Shown: positions 49,243 through 59,663, counted from the first letter of the stretch. The stretch: DNA of 64,000 bases from an uncultured Rhodospirillaceae bacterium (GCA_964643045.1 CAZXSC010000001.1:2296-66295), one strand, 5' to 3'. Notes: a model not told the origin generated them from the sequence alone. Numbers and translations are program-made.

Positions 49243-50211
49243 CTAGAGGCTTGAATCAAACCACGCAGCTGTTCTACTTAAACCCTCGTCGGTTGTGAAG
49301 GGTGGATGCCACCCCAGCTGATTGGAAACGTAACTGTTATTGATAGTGAGTGATTCAACTAAGCGCTCAATTGAGCTTGATTTTCTTGTTATTTTGCCAG
49401 CTAATCGTAATAAAGGAATTGGCAAATAAAACAGTCGGGGGTTTTTGCCAAGGCCCTTTGCGATTTTTCTTATCAGATTTGGGGTTGAAATAGTCTCATT
49501 ATCGCTAAGAAAAAAAACTTGGTTTGCCGCGTTTGGGTGGCGCAGAGATAGTGCAATTGCATTGGCGAGATTGTAAACGTAAAGTAAACTACGCCGGTTG
49601 TCGATTGCATCGAGTGGCAAGGGCCTATTGTTTAATATAGCTCTGATAAGTGTTTCAAAATTGCCCTTTGCTCCTGGCCCATAAACCAGTGGCGGGCGTA
49701 GGATAACAACTTCCATTTTTGAAGTTTTGGCAATCTTAAAGAGCGCTAGCTCCGCTTCCCATTTTGAAACGCTGTATGCGTCTTGCGGTTTTGCCGGGCT
49801 GGTTTCGTCCAGCCCTTTAATTGGGCTCGTGGCTCCCCCCACCTTTGCTGTGCTGATGAAAATAAACCGCTTTACACCAGCTGTTGCCGCTTGTTTGGCT
49901 AGGTTTATTGTGCCTTCAGTATTTACTTTACGGTACTCTTGTAAGGGGCTACGTGTTCCATCTTTCATTAAGTGAACCCGAGCCGCCAGATGGATAACAA
50001 AATCGGCTTTTGAGATTGGCAAAGACCAGTTTGTGTCCGGCCCAATATCACCGATGTGACACAGTGGAATTCGCCCAGGCCCGACACTTTGGGACGAAGA
50101 TCGAGTAGTGCCTATAAGACTGTAGTGGTGATCGTTCTTATTTGTGCGTAATGTCTTGCAAACGGCGCTACCTATAAATCCAGTGGCACCTGTAATGAGA
50201 ATGTTAGGCAT
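49243..50211 (-). CDS. NAD-dependent epimerase/dehydratase (extended SDR)
   Basis: 322 aa with the ITGATGFIGS motif and a YSVSK catalytic YxxxK. It overlaps the upstream GT4 stop by 8 nt. Confidence 0.8.
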   Translation of the reverse strand: MPNILITGATGFIGSAVCKTLRTNKNDHHYSLIGTTRSSSQSVGPGRIPLCHIGDIGPDTNWSLPISKADFVIHLAARVHLMKDGTRSPLQEYRKVNTEGTINLAKQAATAGVKRFIFISTAKVGGATSPIKGLDETSPAKPQDAYSVSKWEAELALFKIAKTSKMEVVILRPPLVYGPGAKGNFETLIRAILNNRPLPLDAIDNRRSLLYVYNLANAIALSLRHPNAANQVFFLSDNETISTPNLIRKIAKGLGKNPRLFYLPIPLLRLAGKITRKSSSIERLVESLTINNSYVSNQLGWHPPFTTDEGLSRTAAWFDSSL

Positions 50212-51454
50212 CCGATTTTATCCCGGCTTCTGTTTGGTATAACGCCTTTTTAAATACAGTTATCATCTCTTCCGCTTGTACCACTCGAGAATGACTTGCT
50301 GCTGCTGCAAAGGAATTGGATGCCAGCTGACAATATAAGGGTTCATCTTCAGCAAGTTTTTTCACCTCTTTAGCAAGAATATTTGGATTTTCAGGGGGCA
50401 CCCAAATACCTGCATTGTGTTTGGAAATAATATTATTTGCTTCGCCATCTGGCGCAGCTAGTACTATGGGGAGCCCCATAGCCATTGCTTCAAATATTTT
50501 TGATGGGATGACGTCAGCAAACGCTGGATGGTTTTTTAAGTGAACCAAAGCAACATTGCATAGACTCCAAATAGCAGGCATTTTTTCTTTTGGTTGCATG
50601 GGCAAAAAAATAACATTGGAAATGTCATTTTTTTTGACTGTGTTTATTAGCCATTCACGCTCTGCGCCAGCACCGACAAATAGAAACTGGATGTTTTTTT
50701 CCTCTTCTAAAATTTTGGCGGTAGTGAGCACGTTACCAAGCCCGTGAGCCATGCCATGTGTTCCTACATAACCTATAACAAATTTATTTTTTAAGCCCAG
50801 TTCTTGTAGTAATTTGTTGTTGGGCGTTTGTGGGGCGTAGCGAGGTAAATCAACACCATTAAGGACTACGTCAATTTGGTCAGGACGGACCCCTCGACGT
50901 ATCAGATTTGTTTTGTATGAATAAGTAAGTGCGGCCACCCGCGTAGAGTGACGGTATAAGAAAAGCTCAAATTTCTCGAACAAATTCAAAATAAAGTTTT
51001 TTTTAACGGCACCAACTGCGGAAACTGAGGTCGGCCATAAATCACCCAGTTCAAAGACAAATGGTAAGCGGCGACACGTACTAATTGCCCAGCCCGCAAC
51101 GGCTGCAAAGAATTGTGGTGATGTTGCGGCGATTAAATCCGGTTTATTTTGCAAACAGCCAGCAATAAAACCCATGATACCAAAACTAAAGAAATCCAGG
51201 CTTCGGAAAAAAACACCTATGTTTTCTGAAATAAAAGTTTTGACACGAACAACCTTTATCCCAGACATATTTTCTATTTGATACCAACGATTTTGATACC
51301 CATCGAACAGTACCCCTAGGGGAAAATTTGGTGCAGACGTGATAATGGTAACTTGGTGGCCCGCCTTAATCCAGTAGACAGCCCTTTCAAAAACACGTGT
51401 AGCGGCAGCGTTTGTTTCTGGTGGAAAATTTTCAGCAAGAAAAAGGATTTTCAT
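50204..51454 (-). CDS. glycosyltransferase family 4 (WbuB/WcaI-like)
   Basis: 416 aa. It has MKILFLAENFPPE....A..TR and a C-terminal GT-B EX7E-like region (PSKIFEAMAMGLPIV). Confidence 0.8.
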   Translation of the reverse strand: MKILFLAENFPPETNAAATRVFERAVYWIKAGHQVTIITSAPNFPLGVLFDGYQNRWYQIENMSGIKVVRVKTFISENIGVFFRSLDFFSFGIMGFIAGCLQNKPDLIAATSPQFFAAVAGWAISTCRRLPFVFELGDLWPTSVSAVGAVKKNFILNLFEKFELFLYRHSTRVAALTYSYKTNLIRRGVRPDQIDVVLNGVDLPRYAPQTPNNKLLQELGLKNKFVIGYVGTHGMAHGLGNVLTTAKILEEEKNIQFLFVGAGAEREWLINTVKKNDISNVIFLPMQPKEKMPAIWSLCNVALVHLKNHPAFADVIPSKIFEAMAMGLPIVLAAPDGEANNIISKHNAGIWVPPENPNILAKEVKKLAEDEPLYCQLASNSFAAAASHSRVVQAEEMITVFKKALYQTEAGIKSDA

Positions 51455-52479
51455 AATAGAGTTGTTTCAGTAGGTCCTCGTAGCAGAATAAGTAGAAAAA
51501 TTACTATGACGAAGGCAGCTAGTAACGCTAACCATGGTTGAAAAATAGAAAAAATAGATAAGCCTATTAGGGCAAAATTTGTGCCAGCGATTATTGAAGA
51601 AACTTGAGAATGGCTAAAGCGTTCCTTTGTAGCTATTTGATAAAAATGTTCTCGGTGGGCTTGCCAAGGATTCTTGCCCCGCCAGATACGGAGGATCAAC
51701 GTTATTGTGGCATCGGCCAGGTAATAAAGGGGTAAAATTATGGCCGCCGGCCATAAAGGGCTTGCTAAGGTCTGTAGTAATAACCAACCTAATAAAAACC
51801 CTAGTGGGATACTGCCAACATCACCTAAAAATAATTTTGCAGGATGCCAATTCCAGCAAAGAAACCCCAAACTGGCAGCAGCTATCAGAAGGCCCAAAAT
51901 GCCGGTATCAATGCTTGAGGATCCAAAAAGTGTTAGAAAAAAGATACCTAAACCTATGCTACTGGATTCTACAGAACTGATACCATCGATTCCATCCATA
52001 AAGTTAAAAAGATTGATAAACCAGACCCAAAGAATGATAGCAAGAGTATTATCAAGCCAAAAAGGAAATAACCCGAGAAAGTATTGCGTAGAAGGCGTTG
52101 TTAGGAAAAATACAACCCCGACCGCAAAAAATTGTGAGAATAGCCTAATAATGGCAGATAAGCTTTTGAGGTCATCTATCAAGGATACGATACCCAAAAT
52201 TAGAGTTCCAGTAATAATCCATTGATAAGTTACGAAACCTTCATGCTGTATTATACCCCATGCGATTAGTATTACTAATATTACGGCCACACCACCACCT
52301 CGTGGTATTGGCGTTGCGTGGCTAGATCGTTCGTTGGGTGTATCTACTATGCCTATTTTCTTTAATGAGAGCAGCAGCAAGCCACTTGCGGCCAGACTTG
52401 CCAAGAATGTACCAACAAAATAAAGAATAATATCAAAAAATGTCATGTCGACTATATATCCGAGAATATGATAAAACAA
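51451..52479 (-). CDS. polyprenyl-phosphate HexNAc-1-phosphate transferase (WecA/WbpL/MraY family), initiating enzyme
   Basis: 342 aa, polytopic. It has DTPNERSSHATPIPRGGG and NLFNFMDGIDG motifs. An alternative start lies at 52446. Confidence 0.85.
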   Translation of the reverse strand: MFYHILGYIVDMTFFDIILYFVGTFLASLAASGLLLLSLKKIGIVDTPNERSSHATPIPRGGGVAVILVILIAWGIIQHEGFVTYQWIITGTLILGIVSLIDDLKSLSAIIRLFSQFFAVGVVFFLTTPSTQYFLGLFPFWLDNTLAIILWVWFINLFNFMDGIDGISSVESSSIGLGIFFLTLFGSSSIDTGILGLLIAAASLGFLCWNWHPAKLFLGDVGSIPLGFLLGWLLLQTLASPLWPAAIILPLYYLADATITLILRIWRGKNPWQAHREHFYQIATKERFSHSQVSSIIAGTNFALIGLSIFSIFQPWLALLAAFVIVIFLLILLRGPTETTLL

Positions 52480-52543
52480 AATACGGCAATTCTAAAAACA
52501 TAATCTCGAGCTTTTTAATCGTTTGGCAAAGAACCCCTTCGGA

Positions 52544-53602
52544 TTATTCACCTAAATATACGTCGTTGGTCCATGCTAAAAACTTAGAAAGCCCATCTTC
52601 TAAGCTAACGGTGGCTTCAAAACCCAACTGCTTCCGTGCTTTTTGTATATTTGGACAACGGCGCAGTGGTTCATCCGTAGGATAGCTATCGGGATAATCA
52701 ACAAGAATATATCTAACATCGTCTTCTGAAACCTGTGTGAGAGTTTTAGCTAAATCAATCATTGAAATTTCTTGTTCAGGATTGCCTATATTATAGGTTT
52801 CACCAGAAACACCATTAAGAATTACTAAAAAAAACCCGATCAAAGCATCTGTAATATAACAAAAAGTGCGGGTTTGAGTTCCATCACCAAAGATATGGAG
52901 AGGCTTACCGGTTTTTATTTTTCGGGCAAAGTTTGGTAGGACTCTATAATCAGTTTCCTGCATTCCAGGACCATACACATTAAACGGTCTGATTATATTT
53001 GTTTTAATGTCATGTTGATTATGAAAAATATAACACAACGTTTCTCCTACTCGTTTGCTTTCATCGTAACACGCTCGTGGCCCTTGGCAGGAAACATTTC
53101 CTCTGTAATTTTCTTGAATGGGAATTTGATTGTTGCTGGGATCGCCATAAATTTCACTTGAGGAAAAGAAAATGAAATGAGCGCCAAATTTTTTGGCTAG
53201 CTCCAACATATTCCGGGTGCCTATAACCGCAACTTCCAACGTCTCTATTGGATAATTTCGGTAGTGATATGGACTAGCTATTCCAGCAGCATGGATAATG
53301 AAATCAAGTTTATCGTTATACTCAAAGGGTTGAGTAACATCGTGTTCAATAAATTTAATATGTTCTAATTTTGGTATTTCCGCCCCACCTTTTCCCGCTG
53401 TGATGAGGTTATCCAGGACGATAAGCTTAACAGGATTTTTTATCAGGTTCTTATTGATTTGATCGAAGACCTCCATAAAATAACGCCCTAGAAAACCTCT
53501 CCCACCGGTAAGCAATACAGTTTTACCAGAAAATGCTTCAGCCAAGTTACTAATGCGGTAAATAATTTCCTCTATATCAGATGAATGCGAGAATTTAGAC
53601 AA
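52544..53602 (-). CDS. UDP-glucuronate decarboxylase (UXS/ArnA-C)-like extended SDR
   Basis: 352 aa. It has LTGGRGFLG, SSSEIYG and GPRACYDESKRVGE, the UXS-type YxxxK region. Confidence 0.7.
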   Translation of the reverse strand: MSKFSHSSDIEEIIYRISNLAEAFSGKTVLLTGGRGFLGRYFMEVFDQINKNLIKNPVKLIVLDNLITAGKGGAEIPKLEHIKFIEHDVTQPFEYNDKLDFIIHAAGIASPYHYRNYPIETLEVAVIGTRNMLELAKKFGAHFIFFSSSEIYGDPSNNQIPIQENYRGNVSCQGPRACYDESKRVGETLCYIFHNQHDIKTNIIRPFNVYGPGMQETDYRVLPNFARKIKTGKPLHIFGDGTQTRTFCYITDALIGFFLVILNGVSGETYNIGNPEQEISMIDLAKTLTQVSEDDVRYILVDYPDSYPTDEPLRRCPNIQKARKQLGFEATVSLEDGLSKFLAWTNDVYLGE

Positions 53603-53603
53603 T

Positions 53604-54848
53604 TTAATAAACCTTTACCTCTGGCAGTGGGCTGATGAATTTTCCGCCGCGGTCAGAATATTCTTGGTGGCTGTTCATTATTTGCGATGCAAAATTCCAT
53701 GCTAGAATCAAAATATAATCAGGTTTCTTTTCATAAATAGCTTGGCTTGCTTCAACTGGAATGTGAAGTCCAGGCGAATATAAACCCTGTTTTAGTGGCG
53801 AATCATCAATTAGAAAGTCGATAATATTTTGCCCAATATTAAAGTGATACATAAGTGTGGTAGCTTTGGCCGCCGCACCGTATCCTGCAATCGAGTTTCC
53901 CTCGTTTTTTAAGCGGCTTAACAGCTTGGTCAGTTGGTTACGCAAAAGATCAATATTTTTTCCAAACTGAACCCAGGTTTGTGGATTGTTAAGGGCAAGT
54001 TGTATTTCGTAATTGATCAATGATTGGACAGATCCGTCAGCTTTGTATGGTCCATCAGAGAGTTGCACCATGCCCCTTATGCTGCCTCCATGGCTTTTGA
54101 TACGTTCAACAGCGAAGAGATCCATATTTTTTGACTTAAAAAACAAATCTAAAGGTAGAATCGAATGATAGGCTAGGTGTTCATGGTAGATAGTATCAAA
54201 TAGAGTATCTTCATAGATTGCCCCCAAATATGAGACTTCAAAAATAAAAACACCATCTGGAGCAAGCAGCGAGCCTATACTTTCAGCAATGGCGCCAAGG
54301 TTATCCGCGTGCGCGAACATGTTATTGGCGCTAACCAACTTAGCAGGTTGCTTTTTTTTCTTTATTTGTTCTACAGTCGTTTGGGTGAAAAATTCTGGCC
54401 AGGTCTCCACACCATTTTTTATTGCCTCTGCAGCTATTGAGCGGGCTGGATCAATACCTAGGACGTCGATGTTTTTTGTTTTGAAAAAAGATAAAAATGT
54501 ACCATCGTTAGATCCTATATCAACAACTAGATCATTACTTGTTATGGTGAAACGACCAATACAGTAATCAGCATATTCTTGAAAATGTGCCGTGAAACTC
54601 TTAGAGGTGCCGGAAACATACAAATAGTCTCGGAATAATATTTCTGGATTCACAACAAGAGATAGCTGTAAATGCGAACATTCTTTGCAAAAAAAGAGTT
54701 CAAGCGGAAATATGGGTTGCTCCATCTCAAGTTGTGTATCTTGTATAAAGGCGTTCGCAAGTGGTGTTGGCGTTAAAACAAACACTTTGATCAACTGCTT
54801 ATTACAGCATAGTCGACAGTTAGTACGGTGATGGGAAAGAGCATTCAC
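53604..54848 (-). CDS. NDP-sugar C-methyltransferase family (TylC3/Methyltransf_13-23-14 architecture)
   Basis: 414 aa. It has an N-terminal zinc-ribbon CRLCCNKQL...PLANAF...CKEC, the SAM motif VVDIGSNDG, and a C-terminal C-methyltransferase-type domain (GYGAAAKATTL). Confidence 0.75.
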   Translation of the reverse strand: MNALSHHRTNCRLCCNKQLIKVFVLTPTPLANAFIQDTQLEMEQPIFPLELFFCKECSHLQLSLVVNPEILFRDYLYVSGTSKSFTAHFQEYADYCIGRFTITSNDLVVDIGSNDGTFLSFFKTKNIDVLGIDPARSIAAEAIKNGVETWPEFFTQTTVEQIKKKKQPAKLVSANNMFAHADNLGAIAESIGSLLAPDGVFIFEVSYLGAIYEDTLFDTIYHEHLAYHSILPLDLFFKSKNMDLFAVERIKSHGGSIRGMVQLSDGPYKADGSVQSLINYEIQLALNNPQTWVQFGKNIDLLRNQLTKLLSRLKNEGNSIAGYGAAAKATTLMYHFNIGQNIIDFLIDDSPLKQGLYSPGLHIPVEASQAIYEKKPDYILILAWNFASQIMNSHQEYSDRGGKFISPLPEVKVY

Positions 54849-54869
54849 GGTGTTATAGTTTTTTCTATC

Positions 54870-55352
54870 TCAGGTATGATCATTTTTTCTTTTTTTAGGT
54901 TTCCAATGTATTAGCCCGTCTAGGGGAATTAAATCAACCCTAACAACGTCAGCCTCATATGATTTTTGATCTCGAGGGTTACGTGATAAGGCTAGAAATA
55001 CCGTGTCAACCGGGAATATCATGCTATGGTCTATCATCGGAGGCGTAAAAATCATTTCTCCAGCTTTGACTATAATTTTATCTGGTTTTTTGTCACTACC
55101 AGTTGGACGATGGTAATATTCAATCAAGCCTGAAATGACGTAACTATAGTGCCAGTCGGTTTTGTGATAATGGTTGGCTCGTAATGATCCCGCCTTGGAT
55201 TCTATCATCACTGCGCTTTTAATGATTAAATCAACTAAAGGTTTTATAGTGCCGCGTTCATCTGTAAAAGGTTCCCCAAGCTTAACTAATCCGTGTTCTG
55301 GCCAACTGGCCATTTCTTTATTAGAAGCTGAATTCGATTTGATTGAAGCCAT
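54870..55352 (-). CDS. cupin-fold sugar epimerase/isomerase-like protein (RmlC/FdtA/CapF-type)
   Basis: 160 aa. It has FTDERG...GSLRANHYHK...ISG...H, a cupin metal/acid-base pattern. Confidence 0.5.
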   Translation of the reverse strand: MASIKSNSASNKEMASWPEHGLVKLGEPFTDERGTIKPLVDLIIKSAVMIESKAGSLRANHYHKTDWHYSYVISGLIEYYHRPTGSDKKPDKIIVKAGEMIFTPPMIDHSMIFPVDTVFLALSRNPRDQKSYEADVVRVDLIPLDGLIHWKPKKRKNDHT

Positions 55353-55531
55353 TGAAATTTTTTAATTCGGGTTTAGTTTTGGTCGTAGGCACGTGGTTTA
55401 GAGTCAAAATTTATACAATAGTGACCATGGTCCATAGATTACCATTATTACAGCCTGATACAAATTTAAAAACATCCCTGAAAGTTAAGTATAAGAGAAG
55501 TAATACCCATATTCATATTTGATTATTTTTT

Positions 55532-56521
55532 TTAATCCGCAAATTTTCTATGATCAATATTTTCAACGATTTTTGATTGACCATATTTACGGCCTTTTAT
55601 ATTTGTCCAGACTAATGAGCCGGGAGTGTCAAAGAGTTGGTCACAGTTGGCACAATAAGAAATTTCGTCGAAATTCTTTTGCCTATGGGCATTTCTCAAT
55701 TCACTAAAAAGGTCGCCAGATACAACGTCTCTAATAGTTTGGTCATCCAGGTGACCCAGAACAGCTGAGGAATCTTTTCCTAACACCATACAGCATGCTA
55801 CAACAGCACCATGATGGCCACTAAGTCCGCCAGCTCGGACTTGGAGAAGTGGCGAGAAAGGTCGACCACAAGAGCGCTGGTCAACCGATTTGGTGTTGCG
55901 TTTATAACCGAGTTCAATCTCACTACCGGCCCAATTATGCATTAACCATATCTCAGCTTTTGCCCCAGTATAGTCAACCCAATTCCGCCGGTAACACCGA
56001 ATTTCCCGCTCTTGGTTTTTAATATCAGTGATTAGATGATGTACATGAACTTCTGAGCCACCATTCATAGCCTTGTTTAGCTTGATAAAGGCCTTTAAAT
56101 TTTCACGCACTTCGTTGAACACATCGCGGCCCATCCAGTGCGCGTAGGTTTCTCGATTATAACCTATACACGATATTCTCAAAACATCTATACCCGCTTT
56201 GATCAGATCTCTCGCCATAGCTGAATCAAGACGATAGCCGTTAGTGAATGAGATGCATTTTAAATTTTTGCTCTTAGTATATTCTACATACTTGGACATG
56301 TCTCGAGAGAGTGTTGGCTCCCCCGATCCGTGCAACGATACAGTTTCTAAACCATACGCTATGCAATCGTCTATAATTTTAGTAAATACGTTGAAAGGGA
56401 GTTTTTTCTGGAAATTTTTTTCCCTACCCGTTGATTGAGGACACATAGGACATATAAAATTGCAGCCGCCATTAATTTCTAGATCCAGCTGTTTGATAAT
56501 TATATTTTCGGGGACAGGCAT
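55532..56521 (-). CDS. radical SAM protein with C-terminal SPASM/twitch-like Cys-rich extension
   Basis: 329 aa. It has CNFICPMC (CX3CX2C) at aa 20-27. The C-terminal cysteines are CGRPF...VVACCMV...YCANCDQ. Confidence 0.8.
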   Translation of the reverse strand: MPVPENIIIKQLDLEINGGCNFICPMCPQSTGREKNFQKKLPFNVFTKIIDDCIAYGLETVSLHGSGEPTLSRDMSKYVEYTKSKNLKCISFTNGYRLDSAMARDLIKAGIDVLRISCIGYNRETYAHWMGRDVFNEVRENLKAFIKLNKAMNGGSEVHVHHLITDIKNQEREIRCYRRNWVDYTGAKAEIWLMHNWAGSEIELGYKRNTKSVDQRSCGRPFSPLLQVRAGGLSGHHGAVVACCMVLGKDSSAVLGHLDDQTIRDVVSGDLFSELRNAHRQKNFDEISYCANCDQLFDTPGSLVWTNIKGRKYGQSKIVENIDHRKFAD

Positions 56522-56872
56522 GGGTTTTTATAGGTTAATTCTGCTTTAATAATAGTAAGGATTTGAGATAGTTAAATAAAAGATTTATATTTCTGGCACG
56601 TCGTGGAACTCTCCAATATTTTTTTAGTAATGGTAAAAATCTGGTTTTTTGCATGTTTTGCATGTTTTGTTGTTTAATAAGTTTTTCAGATTACCTTGTT
56701 TAGGTATTAACTTTCAAGTTCTCTCAGTTTTGGTATATTACCAAAACTTATTGGCATTCAAAATTAGCGAAGTGTACAAAAGGGCTAATTTAATAAAACA
56801 AATTTGGCAGGTGGTTTTATATTCGTTAATCTGTTGCTATTTTAATTTAAATTTTCTTCTGGAGCTCATTGA

Positions 56873-57805
56873 ATGAAGTGTCTGGTACTAGGAGGTGGCG
56901 GATTTATAGGGTCGTCTGTTGTCACTAAGTTGACCAAAAAGGGGCATCGTGTTTTGGTGATGGGACGTTCTGGAAAATCCCGTTATATTTCTAAAGATAT
57001 TTTATCAGAAATTGAATTTATTAGTGGAGATATTAGGTGTTTACCAACCTTGGAGAAGGCGGCTCAGGATTGCGATCAAATATTTTGTTTTGCAGGAATA
57101 GTTGATAGTGATGCAGCCAGTGAACTTTCTCTTGATACAATTGAGACTGAAGTTCAAGGTTTGCAGAATGTTTGTAAAAGTGCTCTTAAACAAGATGTTC
57201 GGAAAGTTATTTACGCTTCGTCCTGTTCGGTCTACGGAGACGACGAATGTTCAGGGCCCCTGACCGAAGAATCGCCAGTCTTTCCCAGGTCCCATTATGC
57301 GGTACTTAAAAGAACGGGGGAGCTTTTATTAAAAGCATATAACGACAAATATAATTTGAGCAGCGTAATTCTTCGTATTTTTAATCCATATGGAATGAAC
57401 CAACAAAAAAATATGGTGATCCAGAGATTTTTTGAAGCTGCGATCAACAACAGGCCTATTCAAATATATGGCTCTGGTAGTCAAACCCGTGATTTTATCT
57501 ATATAGATGATGTGGCTAAGGCCGCTGTATTAGCCGGAGAGAAAATAGATGATGCGGGGATCATAAATGTGTGTACTGGCGAAGACAAATCCATTCGTAT
57601 GGTTGCGGAAACTATTATTTTGATGACTCAATCAACGGCTGGGTGTGAATTTTTGCCGCTCCCGAATGGCAGGGCGGAAGCGGAACTTTCACGTAGTTTC
57701 GGCTCAAATAAAAGGTTACAATCTTTAATGGGGTTTTTGCCAACTATAGAAATAGAAAAGGGGCTTAAACTCATGTATGAAGATATGGTTGTAAATCAAT
57801 ACTAG
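56873..57805 (+). CDS. NAD-dependent epimerase/dehydratase (extended SDR)
   Basis: 310 aa with VLGGGGFIGS, ASSCSVYG and a YAVLK catalytic YxxxK. Confidence 0.8.
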   Translation: MKCLVLGGGGFIGSSVVTKLTKKGHRVLVMGRSGKSRYISKDILSEIEFISGDIRCLPTLEKAAQDCDQIFCFAGIVDSDAASELSLDTIETEVQGLQNVCKSALKQDVRKVIYASSCSVYGDDECSGPLTEESPVFPRSHYAVLKRTGELLLKAYNDKYNLSSVILRIFNPYGMNQQKNMVIQRFFEAAINNRPIQIYGSGSQTRDFIYIDDVAKAAVLAGEKIDDAGIINVCTGEDKSIRMVAETIILMTQSTAGCEFLPLPNGRAEAELSRSFGSNKRLQSLMGFLPTIEIEKGLKLMYEDMVVNQY

Positions 57806-57822
57806 CCATTAATTTTTAAGAA

Positions 57823-58983
57823 ATGAAATTTTTAACAATATCAATGCACACCAAAGGCCATGGTGGTTACTACCGCCACCGAAGGATGGCGCGGGCCTTG
57901 ATTAAAGCCGGTCATCAGGTCGTATGGATTTCTCCAAATATCAGCAATGATATTGGAGAACAATTATTGCCAATGATCGAATTTTATAGATGGATCCCAG
58001 GACCACTTGGTTGGATACTTAAATTGCGTGCTAATTTACACCACTATCGGGCACATCTGCATGACATAGATGCTGTTTTCACAACCAAAGAATATGATGC
58101 TTTTGGCTGTACCTTGGATGATGTCGTGGGTGATTTGCCACACATATATTTCACACACGGGGATACTATCAATTGTGAAAAATACCTAGCAAAGAATTCG
58201 GCAAATTTCGGTCGCAGGTTGAAGAGCTGGCTGATGCTCTCTTATTATCCTAAATTACAGCGCAGAATTCTTGAACGCTTTTCCCATGTTGTAGTACAGG
58301 CTAACTTTTTAGCAGATACATTGAGGACTAGACATCCTGATATTAGCTGTGAATATATTGTATTGGCAAGTGATTGTGTTTTTGAGTGGTGGGTTGAACA
58401 ATCAAATCCAGATCATATTGCATTGATAGAGAAACTTAAAGAAAAACACGATTTTGTTATAGCAGTAATAGCTCAAGTATTTTACAAAGCGAAAGGCTTC
58501 AATATTTTTCTTGATGCGATGGCCCAACTTAGAGAATTTCCGAATATTCATGCTGTAATTGTAGGTTATGGTGATGAGGCGCAGCTAATCCCACAAAATA
58601 TAAAGCGGCTTGAATTAGAAGAAAAAGTAACGTTTCTGGGGGAATCGCCAGCGGCTCATAACTTGATGCCGCTAATAGATGTTATTGTATCACCCACACA
58701 ATTTTTTGATGCGTTTCCGACAGTTATCCTTGAGGCCCTGGATGCTGGCTGTTGTGTTATTGCGTCAGATATTGAAGCACATAAAGAACAGTTGGGCGAT
58801 GAAGCCTTATTATTTAGAAACGGTGATCCGGGGCATCTAGCTAACAAGTTAATAAAACTATACAAAGATAAAGGCGCTCTTCGGCAAAATCAAAATATAG
58901 TACAGACAAGAAAAAAGCGCTTCCAATTTGATTGGGATGCTCGGGTCGTAGAAATTATTGAATCGGGAGCGGATTATAATTGA
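57823..58983 (+). CDS. glycosyltransferase, GT-B fold (GT1/GT4-like)
   Basis: 386 aa. It has the C-terminal FPTVILEALDAGCCVIASD EX7E-type motif. Confidence 0.75.
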   Translation: MKFLTISMHTKGHGGYYRHRRMARALIKAGHQVVWISPNISNDIGEQLLPMIEFYRWIPGPLGWILKLRANLHHYRAHLHDIDAVFTTKEYDAFGCTLDDVVGDLPHIYFTHGDTINCEKYLAKNSANFGRRLKSWLMLSYYPKLQRRILERFSHVVVQANFLADTLRTRHPDISCEYIVLASDCVFEWWVEQSNPDHIALIEKLKEKHDFVIAVIAQVFYKAKGFNIFLDAMAQLREFPNIHAVIVGYGDEAQLIPQNIKRLELEEKVTFLGESPAAHNLMPLIDVIVSPTQFFDAFPTVILEALDAGCCVIASDIEAHKEQLGDEALLFRNGDPGHLANKLIKLYKDKGALRQNQNIVQTRKKRFQFDWDARVVEIIESGADYN

Positions 58984-59663
58984 CATCAAACATTAAAGAT
59001 TTTGATGGAATTGTGTTTGATTTAGATGGCACGCTTGTCGATAGCTTGCCAGATATGGCAGCTGCCTTAAATCGGTTTCTTTCCGAACAGGGAAGAAGAG
59101 AGTTAGGTATTGCTGAGGTCCGACCCTTAATTGGTAAAGGGGCAGCAAAGATGATTCAAGCTGCTTTGAATCTAACCGGCACGAGGATTTCTAGAGATAA
59201 ATTGGCGCCGGCCGTTACAGCCTATCTTTCATATTACCGAGAATCTCCGGTGGAAAATTCCAAGATTTATGATGGAGTTACAGCGGTTCTAGAAGAATTG
59301 AAGAATGCAAACTTGAAAATGGGCATTTGCTCAAATAAAGCTTTTGAAATGGTCAATCTTATTTTGGAGTCTTTTGATTTGGCAAAATATTTTTGTGGGG
59401 TGACGGGGGGGGATAATGTTGCTTTTAACAAGCCAGATGGCCGACATATTTTTGAGACATTAAGGTTAATGGGAATTGATAACACAAATGTATTGATGGT
59501 CGGCGATACCATAAATGATATCGTGGCAGCGCGCGATGCTGGTGTTTCGGTAGTTGCAGTTGATTATGGTTATTCTGGTTCTAATGAATTTTGTACAGGG
59601 ACAGTTGTCATAGATAGTTTTTATAAGCTTTTGTCCGAAGGTTATATCGTAAATGAAATCTAA
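58980..59663 (+). CDS. HAD-IA hydrolase (phosphoglycolate-phosphatase-like)
   Basis: 227 aa from a TTG start that overlaps the GT stop by 4 nt. The HAD motifs are FDLDGTLVD, CSNK and MVGDTINDI. Confidence 0.8.
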   Translation: MTSNIKDFDGIVFDLDGTLVDSLPDMAAALNRFLSEQGRRELGIAEVRPLIGKGAAKMIQAALNLTGTRISRDKLAPAVTAYLSYYRESPVENSKIYDGVTAVLEELKNANLKMGICSNKAFEMVNLILESFDLAKYFCGVTGGDNVAFNKPDGRHIFETLRLMGIDNTNVLMVGDTINDIVAARDAGVSVVAVDYGYSGSNEFCTGTVVIDSFYKLLSEGYIVNEI

